A stretch of 64,000 bases of DNA from Macrostomum lignano (Eukaryota): contig NIVC01001044.1 in NCBI GenBank assembly GCA_002269645.1, positions 1 to 64,000 of the forward strand, in the 5' to 3' direction. Positions 11,501 through 23,400 of the stretch are shown piece by piece (position 1 is the stretch's first letter; each line of letters begins with the position of its first letter). The notes below the pieces were generated by a model that was not told where the DNA came from, ran no database searches, and saw nothing but the letters and a program-made list of their open reading frames with translations. The position numbers and the translations under genes are program-made.

Positions 11501-14500
11501 CCACAAGTTTCCATTACAAAAAATGATCCAGAGTTAAAAAACCCCATAACCTCAACAGCCTACTAGCTCAGTAGCAAGAGTGTGGGCAGGCTCAGTTGCT
11601 AGGCTAGCCTCCCAGAATGTCAGTTGCCGGCAGCCCCATCTCTATGACAGCTCGCCCCCAGCTCCATCACACGGCAGCTCACCCCCAGCTCCATCTCACG
11701 GCAGCTCACCCCCAGCTCCATCACACGGCAGCTCACCCCCAGCTCCATCACAGGGCAGCTCACCCCCAGCTCCATCTCACGGCAGCTCACCCCCAGCTCC
11801 ATCACGGCAGCTCACCCCCAGCTCCATCACGGCAGCTCACCCCCAGCTCCATCTCACGGCAGCTCACCCCCAGCTCCATCACAGGGCAGCTCACCCCCAG
11901 CTCCATCACACGGCAGCTCACGCCTAGCTTTATCTCTATAGCAGCTCACCCCCAGCTCCATCTCACGGCAGCTCACCCCCAGCTCCATCACACGGCAGCT
12001 CACCCCCAGCTCCATCACACGGCAGCTCACCCCCAGCTCCATCACACGGCAGCTCACCCCCAGCTCCATCTCACGGCAGCTCACCCCCAGCTCCATCTCA
12101 CGGCAGCTCACCCCCAGCTCCATCACACGGCAGCTCACGCCTAGCTTTATCTCTATAGCAGCTCACCCCCAGCTCCATCACACGGCAGCTCACCCCCAGC
12201 TCCATCACACGGCAGCTCACCCCCAGCTCCATCACACGGCAGCTCACCCCCAGCTCCATCACACGGCAGCTCACCCCCAGCTCCATCACACGGCAGCTCA
12301 CCCCCAGCTCCATCTCACGGCAGCTCACCCCCAGCTCCATCACAGGGCAGCTCACCCCCAGCTCCATCACACGGCAGCTCACCCCCAGCTCCATCACACG
12401 GCAGCTCACCCCCAGCTCCATCACACGGCAGCTCACCCCCAGCTCCATCACAGGGCAGCTCACCCCCAGCTCCATCACACGGCAGCTCACCCCCAGCTCC
12501 ATCTCACGGCAGCTCACCCCCAGCTCCATCTCACTGCAGCTCACCCCCAGCTCCATCACGGCAGCTCACCCCCAGCTCCATCACACGGCAGCTCACCCCC
12601 AGCTCCATCACACGGCAGCTCACCCCCAGCTCCATCACACGGCAGCTCACCCCCAGCTCCATCTCACGGCAGCTCACCCCCAGCTCCATCACAGGGCAGC
12701 TCACCCCCAGCTCCATCACACGGCAGCTCACCCCCAGCTCCATCTCACGGCAGCTCACCCCCAGCTCCATCACACGGCAGCTCACCCCCAGCTCCATCAC
12801 ACGGCAGCTCACCCCCAGCTCCATCACACGGCAGCTCACCCCCAGCTCCATCACACGGCAGCTCACCCCCAGCTCCATCACAGGGCAGCTCACCCCCAGC
12901 TCCATCACACGGCAGCTCACCCCCAGCTCCATCTCACGGCAGCTCACCCCCAGCTCCATCACACGGCAGCTCACCCCCAGCTCCATCACAGGGCAGCTCA
13001 CCCCCAGCTCCATCTCACGGCAGCTCACCCCCAGCTCCATCACGGCAGCTCACCCCCAGCTCCATCACGGCAGCTCACCCCCAGCTCCATCTCACGGCAG
13101 CTCACCCCCAGCTCCATCACAGGGCAGCTCACCCCCAGCTCCATCACACGGCAGCTCACGCCTAGCTTTATCTCTATAGCAGCTCACCCCAGCTCCATCT
13201 CACGGCAGCTCACCCCCAGCTCCATCACACGGCAGCTCACCCCCAGCTCCATCACACGGCAGCTCACCCCCAGCTCCATCACACGGCAGCTCACCCCCAG
13301 CTCCATCTCACGGCAGCTCACCCCCAGCTCCATCTCACGGCAGCTCACCCCCAGCTCCATCACACGGCAGCTCACGCCTAGCTTTATCTCTATAGCAGCT
13401 CACCCCCAGCTCCATCACACGGCAGCTCACCCCCAGCTCCATCACACGGCAGCTCACCCCCAGCTCCATCACACGGCAGCTCACCCCCAGCTCCATCACA
13501 CGGCAGCTCACCCCCAGCTCCATCACACGGCAGCTCACCCCCAGCTCCATCTCACGGCAGCTCACCCCCAGCTCCATCACAGGGCAGCTCACCCCCAGCT
13601 CCATCACACGGCAGCTCACCCCCAGCTCCATCACACGGCAGCTCACCCCCAGCTCCATCACACGGCAGCTCACCCCCAGCTCCATCACAGGGCAGCTCAC
13701 CCCCAGCTCCATCACACGGCAGCTCACCCCCAGCTCCATCTCACGGCAGCTCACCCCCAGCTCCATCTCACTGCAGCTCACCCCCAGCTCCATCACGGCA
13801 GCTCACCCCCAGCTCCATCACACGGCAGCTCACCCCCAGCTCCATCACACGGCAGCTCACCCCCAGCTCCATCACACGGCAGCTCACCCCCAGCTCCATC
13901 TCACGGCAGCTCACCCCCAGCTCCATCACAGGGCAGCTCACCCCCAGCTCCATCACACGGCAGCTCACCCCCAGCTCCATCTCACGGCAGCTCACCCCCA
14001 GCTCCATCACACGGCAGCTCACCCCCAGCTCCATCACACGGCAGCTCACCCCCAGCTCCATCACACGGCAGCTCACCCCCAGCTCCATCACACGGCAGCT
14101 CACCCCCAGCTCCATCACAGGGCAGCTCACCCCCAGCTCCATCACACGGCAGCTCACCCCCAGCTCCATCACACGGCAGCTCACCCCCAGCTCCATCACA
14201 CGGCAGCTCACCCCCAGCTCCATCACACGGCAGCTCACCCCCAGCTCCATCTCACGGCAGCTCACCCCCAGCTCCATCACACGGCAGCTCACCCATCAAC
14301 CACGCAGAGCAGGCAGCGCATCCAGGTCTCCAGATTCTTCCAGCCGGCCGTGTCGTGAAAGATGGCCTCCTTGTCGTGCCGCTCCGCCGACATCATTGGC
14401 GACGGGCTGTCGGGTCGCGACGAGTCGGAAGGCGAGGCGTCCCTGGCGTCGCCAGCAGTCATCCGCTCCAAGTTGTCGCGGATGCCCGCAAGAATCAGCG

Positions 14501-14942
14501 GCCGGAGCAGCTCCACGAAGAAGCCGCCGCTGTCACCTCCGCCAGCCGCTTCGGCGGGCTGGTCGCGCCGGCAGACTTCGCCGACGCACTCGCCGGCGAC
14601 AACCCGGACTCGAAACTCCGGATCGCTGAGCAGCGGCAGAGCTCGGTCGAGATGCCGACGGAGCAGCTCCGGGGAAACCGGCGGCCGCAGCTGTTGGAGC
14701 AACAGGCAGCTGGCGCGCAGGCAACCGAAGCGCTGCTCCCAGGCCTCGGGCTCCAGCTGGCCGGAGTCGGCCGCCTGCCACTTGGTATCCAGCCAAGCTG
14801 CCACCGTTGCTAGGGCAGAGCTCAAGTCGGTTGCCAAAGCGGACTGGACGGCGGTTTCTGAGCGGTCTCGCTCGAGTTTGGTGCCTGCGCAGAGGCCATC
14901 CAGACTGGCCGTCAGCGAGGCAGACTGCGGATGATCCACCTC
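8597..14942 (-). CDS. Spliced gene, 5'-partial: conserved HEAT/ARM-repeat protein (~690 aa recovered)
   Basis: Exons 14942-14293, 11378-10868, 10372-9738, 8882-8597 join in frame (VVDG|YGSG, LGYK|VDPA, TTYR|QFAH) with canonical GT/AG. Repeated HEAT signatures: [59 protein letters not shown]. Start exon not found. Confidence 0.85.
8920..9730. repeat. 14-bp intronic minisatellite (CAATCAGACAACTG)n
   Basis: Fills intron 8883-9737; explains the [10 protein letters not shown] pseudo-ORFs. Confidence 0.95.
10440..10800. repeat. ~50-bp intronic repeat carrying the palindrome GGGGTCA-N-TGACCCC
   Basis: 7-8 units; perfect palindromes at 10442, 10575, 10625 and 10677. Confidence 0.9.
11630..14292. 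repeat. 27-bp intronic minisatellite (GGCAGCTCACCCCCAGCTCCATCACAC)n with a ~1237-bp higher-order duplication
   Basis: About 98 units; variant units recur at an offset of 1237 bp. Confidence 0.97.
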
Positions 14943-15004
14943 CTTAAATATGGATGGAGGGCGGCTTGGTCTGGGTTTGGTTTGATTTTTTAAGGGCCCG
15001 GTGA

Positions 15005-15720
15005 CTGAGGATCTGGGAGGCTGGCCCAGCAACTGAGGATTTGGGAGGCTGGCCCAGAAACTGAGGATCTGGGAGGCTGGCCCAGCAACTGAGGATCTGG
15101 GAGGCTGGCCCAGCAACTGAGGATCTGGGAGGCTGGCCCAGCAACTGAGGATTTGGGAGGCTGGCCCAGCAACTGAGGATCTGGGAGGCTGGCCCAGCAA
15201 CTGAGGATCTGGAAGGCTGGCCCAGCAACTGAGGATTTGGGAGGCGGGCCTCAGCAACTGAGGATCTGGGAGGCTGGCTCAGCAACTGAGGATCTGGGAG
15301 GCTGGCTCAGCAACTGAGGATCTGGAAAGCTGGCTCAGCAACTGAGGATGTCGGAGGCTGGCCCAGCAACTGAGGATCTGGGAGGCGGGCCTCAGCAACT
15401 GAGGGTCTGGGAAGCTGGCTCAGCAACTGATGATGTTCGAGGCTGGCCTCAGCAACTGAGGATCTGGGAAGCTGGCTCAGCAACTGAGGATCTGGAAAGC
15501 TGGCTCAGCAACTGAGGATGTCGGAGGCTGGCCCAGCAACTGAGGATCTGGGAGGCGGGCCTCAGCAACTGAGGGTCTGGGAAGCTGGCTCAGCAACTGA
15601 TGATGTTCGAAGCTGGCCTCAGCAACTGAGGATCTGGGAAGCTGGCTCAGCAACTGAGGATCTGGGAAGCTGGCTCAGCAACTGAGGATCTGGGAAGCTG
15701 GCTCAGCAACTGAGGAGCTG
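15005..15720. repeat. 28-bp minisatellite (GCTGGCCCAGCAACTGAGGATCTGGGAG)n
   Basis: About 25 units. Confidence 0.95.
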
Positions 15721-16419
15721 GCCCTAGTTTATTTAGGAAACACTGAATGTCTTGAAATAAAAAAACATGGAAATGACAGCTTGTTAAAAAATATAATTTA
15801 TTAGCCTTAAAACTGTCAAAGTACAGGCGGATTAATTATTTATCAAACTGATATGCTCTTAGCAACGCAATGCACTCGATGCATTTAGATACAAAATGGG
15901 TTAGAAAATTTGTACTCAAAAAATTTTTGGATAAAAAATGATGCTTTTCGCCATGTATAATGACAGAACAGCCATGACAATGGAGTTAGGACTATAACAT
16001 ATTTCAATTTGTCATTTGGCACAACAAACTTGAATTAACAACAGCAAAAGTACACAAGGACATGACCAGTTAGCAACAAACACTCAAGCTGAATACGTTC
16101 AGAAAGAAGCACTAAATAATCGGTTACTTGTACTTTCCTACAGTATAAAGTTCGATGACGCGTAAAACAAGTGCTTTATTGGAAAACTTATTCAATAAAA
16201 CAGCCGTATTGATAGCACTGGGGTCTGTCTGCAGCACCGAGGACTTTCAGTTTGGTCTTTGGCATGATGATTTGATGAACTTTTCTGCGCAACATGGAGC
16301 CAGCATATTCTGGCTAGAGGCGCCACAATACAACAGGGGGTGTCAAAATTCACTGAAGGGCGCCACAACTCAACAGGGGACGCCACAATCAACGGGTAGC
16401 GCCACAATCCACTAAGGGC

Positions 16420-17665
16420 GCCACAATCTGCCGGTGTACCTCAATACACTAGGGTCCCACAATCTACCGGGGTACCTCAATACACTAGGGGCCCACAATC
16501 TGCCGGGATACCTCAATACACTAGGGGCCCACAATCTGCCGGGGTACCTCAATACACTAGGGGCCCACAATCTACCGGGGTACCTCAATACACTAGGGGC
16601 CCACAATCTACCGGGGTCAATACACTAGGGGCCCACAATCTACCGGGGTACCTCAATACACTAGGGGCCCACAATCTACAGGGGTACCTCAATACACTAG
16701 GGGCCCACAATCTAACTGGGGGCGCTACAAGCAACTGTGGGCACTACAATATACTTGGGAACGAAACAATACACTAGAGGGGGCGCCACACTACACTAGG
16801 GGGTGCCACACTACACTAGGGGCGCCACAATACACTAGAGGGGGCGCCACAATACACTAGAGGGGGCGCCACAATACACTAGAGGGGCGCCACAATACAC
16901 TAGAGGGGCGCCACAATACACTAGAGGGGGCGCCACAATACACTAGAGGGGGCGCCACAATACACTAGAGGGGGCGCCACAATACACTAGAGGGGGCGCC
17001 ACAATACACTAGAGGGGGCGCCACAATACACTAGAGGGGCGCCACGATACACTAGAGGGGGCGCCACAATACACAAGAGGGGCGCCACAATATACTAGAG
17101 GGGGCGCCACAATACACTAGAGGGGGCGCCACAATACACTAGAGGGGCGCCACAAAACACTAGAGGGGCGCCACGATACACTAGAGGGGGCGCCACAATA
17201 CACTAGAGGGGCGCCACAATACACTAGAGGGGGCGCCACAATACACCAGAGGGGCGCCACAATATACTAGAGGGGCGCCACAATACACTAGAGGGGGCGC
17301 CACAATACACTAGAGGGGGCGCCACAATACACTAGAGGGGCGCCACAATACACTAGAGGGGGCGCCACAATACACCAGAGGGGCGCCACAATACACTAGA
17401 GGGGGCGCCACAATACACTAGAGGGGGCGCCACAATACACTAGAGGGGGCGCCACAATACACTAGAGGGGCGCCACAATACACTAGAGGGGGCGCCACAA
17501 TACACTAGAGGGGGCGCCACAATACACTAGAGGGGGCGCCACAATACACTAGAGGGGGCGCCACAATACACTAGAGGGGCGCCACAATACACTAGAGGGG
17601 GCGCCACAATACACTAGAGGGGGCGCCACAATACACCAGAGGGGGCGCCACAATGCACTAGAGGG
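16420..17665. repeat. Compound minisatellite: 36-bp units (16420-16720) then 21/22-bp (CACTAGAGGGGGCGCCACAATA)n (16765-17665)
   Basis: Direct reading; both units share CACTAG..GGGC.CCACAAT. Confidence 0.95.
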
Positions 17666-18339
17666 TGATTCCAAAGATCCCAGCTGTTTAACAAACTAAG
17701 AGTATTACTCGTGAGAAGACAAGAATGAGAGGTCCGAACACCATCAGAGACGCTGCAAGCATCAGCAGCCAACTACAGAACATTGAGCAGGCAAAGTGCT
17801 CAATGCATTATTCTGCTTATTTTATTTCAGCAGTTATGCAAAATACTAATTAACTGCATTGGGAAATATCTAAAAATAATACTCTATATCTCACTGCAAT
17901 CTGTAGCGTTGCCATGGGCGCGAGCTGAGAGTATGCCAAGACTACACTGTAACGGAATGTACAAATTCAATAGATATTACACTGTTTGATGTTAATATGT
18001 TAGCGGCTGTGAAACTATAACTATATATCAGTAAGCTGATTGACATATTTAACTAGCATATTGGCTTTCTAAGAAAAGTACATCGCGATGAAACAGTGCG
18101 CAACTTGTGAATTCGGATTTTATTCTAACAAAAATGCCACATTTTCAACTGTCAGCATGCAAGCTTAGAGAGCTGGGTTTTGTTTTAACGACCTGCCCTA
18201 AATGACTGACGGCACGGCGAACTGATTTTGCGGTTCAGAAGTAAAAACAGGGAAGACTGACACTGATATTGAATCTCCGCTTTGAGATCCAGAGAGCAGT
18301 CAAAATGTCAAATGCGCTGAAAATCTAGGGAGCACTTTT

Positions 18340-19050
18340 GGACACCTTCCATTTGGGTTTCGGACACCTTTCATTTGGGTTTCGGACACCTTCCATTTGG
18401 GTTTCGGACACCTTTCATTTGGGTTTCGGACACCTTTCATTTGGGTTTCGGACACCTTCCATTTGGGTTTCGGACACCTTTCATTTGGGTTTCGGACACC
18501 TTTCATTTGGGTTTCGGACACCTTCCATTTGGGTTTCGGACACCTTTCATTTGGGTTTCGGACACCTTTCATTTGCGTTTCGGACACCAATTTGAAATTT
18601 GGACACCTTCCATTTGGGTTTCGGACACCTTTCATTTGGATTTCGGACACCTTTCATTTGCGTTTCGGACACCTTTCATTTGGATTTCGGACACCTTTCA
18701 TTTGGATTTCGGACACCTTTCATTTGCGTTTCGGACACCTTTCATTTGGGTTTCGGACACTTTCCATTTGGGTTCCGGACACGTTCCATTAGGATTTCGG
18801 ACACCTTTCATTTGGGTTTCGGACACCTTTCATTTGGGTTTCGGACACCTTTCATTTGGATTTCGGACACCTTTCATTTGCGTTTCGGACACCTTTCATT
18901 TGGATTTCGGACACCTTTCATTTGCGTTTCGGACACCTTTCATTTGGGTTTCGGACACTTTCCATTTGGGTTCCGGACACGTTCCATTAGGATTTCGGAC
19001 ACCTTTCATCTGGGTTCCGGACACCTTTCATTTGGGTTCCGGACATCTTC
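18340..19050. repeat. 22-bp minisatellite (TTTCGGACACCTTTCATTTGGG)n
   Basis: About 32 units. Confidence 0.95.
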
Positions 19051-19313
19051 CATTTGTATGAGCACAAAACAGTGATTCCGGAAACTGACAACAGCAGGAA
19101 GCGGCAGCGGTGAGAACAAATTCGCAGTTGTGAGAGAATTTCACTAACAGACAATTAGGCTGCAGCACTCCCGGCAGGCAAATTTTATACTGCAAAACTC
19201 GTAAAAAAATATTCAAAGACAATTCAGGGCGTGACCTACAAAAAATAAAAAAATAACAGTACTGATAATAACAAAATTGTATTAGATGGGACTATTACAC
19301 TAGCATGGGATTC

Positions 19314-19719
19314 CTACGAGATCAGCACCCCATAGCAACCGTTGCTAGGCTCGCTAATCAGCGTCAATTCGGCCGGCAATGGAGAGCCGCAGGGCGGATC
19401 CTCCGCTGTCGGCTCGAACACCTGGCAGGTGAGGCCGTCGTCCCGGGCTGCGGATTCGAGCGGCGGACTGAGCAGGCGGATGGTCAGGCCCAGCGACTCG
19501 GCCAGCAGCTGCAGGTCCTCGGCTTCGGGCAAGGCGGCGGCCAGCAGGCGGGAACGCAACTGTGGTTCAGGTGCCTGCCGCTGCTCAGCCTGGATGAGGG
19601 TCAGCGCCGCAGCGGCCTCCAGAAGGTCGCCGTCACCTCGGCTGCCGTTGAAGGCCTGTCAGATCAGCGGTTGACGTGCGTTCGAGGAGGAATGTATGTG
19701 TACAGACAGACAGACAGAC

Positions 19720-19782
<63 letters not shown>

Positions 19783-19855
19783 TAGATAGACAGACAGACA
19801 GACAGGCAGACAGACAGACAGACAGGCACACAGACAGACAGACAGACAGCCAGAC

Positions 19856-19896
<41 letters not shown>

Positions 19897-19951
19897 GGCA
19901 GACAGACAGACAGACAGACAGGCAGACAGACAGACAGACAGACAGCCAGAC

Positions 19952-19992
<41 letters not shown>

Positions 19993-20087
19993 GGCAGACA
20001 GACAGACAGACAGACAGGCAGACAGACAGACAGACAGGCAGACAGACAGACAGACAGGCACACAGACAGACAGACAGACAGCCAGAC

Positions 20088-20128
<41 letters not shown>

Positions 20129-20179
20129 GGCAGACAGACAGACAGACAGGCACACAGACAGACAGACAGACAGCCAGAC

Positions 20180-20220
<41 letters not shown>

Positions 20221-20247
20221 GGCAGACAGACAGACAGACAGACAGGC

Positions 20248-20280
<33 letters not shown>

Positions 20281-20285
20281 GGCAC

Positions 20286-20326
<41 letters not shown>

Positions 20327-20437
20327 TAGATAGACAGACAGACAGACAGACAGGCAGACAGACAGACAGACAGGCACACAGACAGACAGACAGACAGACA
20401 CAGACAGACAGGCAGACAGACAGACAGACAGACAGGC

Positions 20438-20474
<37 letters not shown>

Positions 20475-23400
20475 GGCACACAGACACACCTGCAGGGTCT
20501 CCCACTCGCGGAACAGCGAGCCGGGCTCAGCCCGAATGGACGCCAGCCGGGTGTGCAGGGAGCGCAGGCTGGCGCGGGCCCTGGCCAGAGGCGAGCTGGG
20601 CTGCTGCCGGGCGGCCACTGCCGCCGCAAAAGGCGACTGCGAGGCCGGCAGCTCGTCTGCTGCGGCGCAGTCCACAGCCTCCTCTGCCGCTGCGGCCGCA
20701 GCAGCCGCCGCGGTGGCGCCTGCTTGGTCAACGGGGTGGAACGGCCAGGTGTCGCTGAGCCAGCCGTGACGAGCGAAGGCCGAGTCCAACTCCTACGGGG
20801 CGGTGAGTGCAAATGCAGCGCTGCAGATTCACCTGATTTTATCTCAGCCCTTTAATTATAATTATAGCTCCTATTTTCGAAGACACATTTTAAGCATTCA
20901 TTACACTCGCAATTAATTACTATAATGCAACTCTCAAGCATGGGCCTGGTCTTATCTTTAGTTTCGTCTACTAATACCAACCTTACCTACACTCTTGATT
21001 TGTATGCAATTCGTTAGTAGTAGTATAGCCTCAGCCTTGTCATTTTACTGCAATGTACTTTTATAATTGCATCATTCAAATTTCTTTCCAGTTTAGTCTA
21101 ATCGCATCTCCTTATCTATATTTCCTTATTGGACTGTTTCAGTCCAATCTCATCCCCAGTTCAATCTAATCTCATCCCTAGTTTAATCTAATCTCATCCC
21201 TATTCCAGTCTAATTTTATCCCCACTTCAGTCCAATCTCATCCCCAGTTCAATTTAATCTCATCCCTAGTTTAATCTAATCTCATCCCTATTCCAGTCTA
21301 ATTTTATCCCCACTTCAGTCCAATCTCATCCCCAGTTCAATCTAATCTCATCCCTAGTTTAATCTAATCTCATCCCTATTCCAGTCTAATTTTATCCCCA
21401 CTTCAGTCCAATCTCATCCCTAGTTTAATCTAATCTCATCCCTATTTCAGTCAGTCTAATTTTTGCCCCAGTTCAATCTAATCTCATCCCCAGTTCAATC
21501 CAATCTTATCCCCAGTTCAGTCTAATCGCATCCCCATTTAAGTCCAATCTCATCCATATTTCAGTCTAAATCTCATCCCCAGTTCAATCCAATCTTATCC
21601 CCAGTTCAGTCTATCTCATCCCTATTTCAGTCTAATCTTATCCCCATTTCAGTCTAATCGCATCCCCATTTCAGTCTAATCTTATCCCCATTTCAGTGTA
21701 AGCTCACCCCACCCTTTTCAGTCTAATCTTATCCCTATTTCAGTCTAATCTTATCCCCATTTCAGTCTAATCGCATCCCCATTTAAGTCTAATCTCATCC
21801 CTATTTCAGTCTAATCTCATCCCCAGTTCAATCCAATCTTATCCCCATTTCAGTCTAATCGCATCCCCATTTAAGTCTAATCTCATCCATATTTCAGTCT
21901 AAATCTCATCCCCAGTTCAATCCAATCTTATCCCCAGTTCAGTCTAATCTCATCCCCATTTCAGTCCAATCTCATCCCCAGTTCAATCCAATCTTATCCC
22001 CAGTTCAGTCTAATCTCATCCCCATTTCAGTCCAATCTCATCCCCAGTTCAATCCAATCTTATCCCCAGTTCAGTCTAATCTCATCCCTATTTCAGTCTA
22101 ATCTCATCCCCAGTTCAATCCAATCTTATCCCCAGTTCAGTCTAATCGCATCCCCATTTCAGTCTAATCTCATCCCCATTTCAGTGTAAGCTCACCCCAC
22201 CCTTGTCAGTCTAATCTTATCCCTATTTCAGTCTAATCTCATCCCTATTTCAGTCTAATCTCATCCCCAGTTCAATCCAATCTTATCCCCAGTTCAGTCT
22301 AATCGCATCCCCATTTCAGTCTAATCTCATCCCCATTTCAGTGTAAGCTCACCCCACCCTTGTCAGTCTAATCTTATCCCTATTTCAGTCTAATCTCATC
22401 CCTATTTCAGTCTAATCTCATCCCCAGTTCAATCCAATCTTATCCCCAGTTCAGTCTAATCTCATCCCTATTCCAGTCCAGTATCAGCCCAGCCGCACCT
22501 GCAAGCAGTGCTGGCAGTCCCCGGGCAGGTGCCGCCGCTTCAAGCAGAATCCAAAGAGCGCCGCCCTGTGCAGAGCGCAGCGCCGTCTCGACCAGCTGCC
22601 GAAGCTGTCGGCGCCAGCGACGCGCCGAATAAAAGCGCCGCGACCGCTGCAGTCGGCTAGGAAGCGCTGACGCTGCTGCTCTGCTGAGCAGTGCAACGCC
22701 GACTTGGCATAGTCGGTGAGTCGCTCTAATTGGCCGATGGGCAGGCGGTGCCTCCGCTGCTGCTCAGGCGAGGATGCCGCCTGCTCAAACGGTGACTCTG
22801 TGATGACGGATGCGTCTGGCGACTCGCTAGCCAGAATGCTGCCTACAATTCCGTTGAATGTCGAATTTCGAATGTTGATGATGAATGAGATGAAACAGAG
22901 TCACTTGCGTTGCCCCCAGAGTCTTTTCAGACTCGTTGCAGGTAAAAAAATAAAAAAGTGACTCTACATGTAGACACCTTTGAAGCGACGATATGTCACG
23001 GTACAGGTCGCCGAAAAAGCCGTCGGAGTCGCCTAACAGTCAATTTGAGGTGTTTTGTTGTTTGCGACTCTGGGGCCATAGACTCATAGAGTCGTATCTG
23101 AGGCGTGCTTGAGTCGCTGTAGACTCACTGGGTTGCGTCTGGAGCGCATTTGCGCCACTTTATGAATTAGAATCTCATTTCTCGTTTATAAAAACTCTGT
23201 TTAGTGACTCAGTGAGTCACCAGTGAGTTGTTCACAATGACTCTTTAGTGATTATTGTCTCGGTAACTGTTTTTTTAACGGGATCAGAATGGAAGCAGAG
23301 GCAATAAATGCGAGGAGAATTGAAGTTGACATTTTTTCAACGCAACATTTGCTATTGCTTTGGGCAGACCCAATTTTTATCCTTTGATATGCATTGCCTT

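Noticed and set aside
9029-14292. Long repetitive ORFs ([28 protein letters not shown])
   Set aside because: Translations of intronic minisatellites lying between phase-matched HEAT exons.
16765-17665. CACTAGAGGGGGCGC resembles the CTCF core motif
   Set aside because: The G-run is 1-2 nt longer than in the CTCF motif, and CTCF is reported lost in at least some flatworms; no support from sequence alone.
16155-17830. Short protein-like frames at 16155-16415 and 17725-17830 as the missing first HEAT exon or a separate gene
   Set aside because: No convincing splice-site and phase combination, and no recognisable motif.
11630-19050. CRISPR-like appearance of regular repeats
   Set aside because: Units are head-to-tail with no unique spacers, no cas genes, and the context is eukaryotic.
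19633-20812. VCLS/QTDR-repeat ORFs (also 43726-45010 and 45664-46591)
   Set aside because: (GACA)n microsatellite has no stop codons in several frames; intronic.
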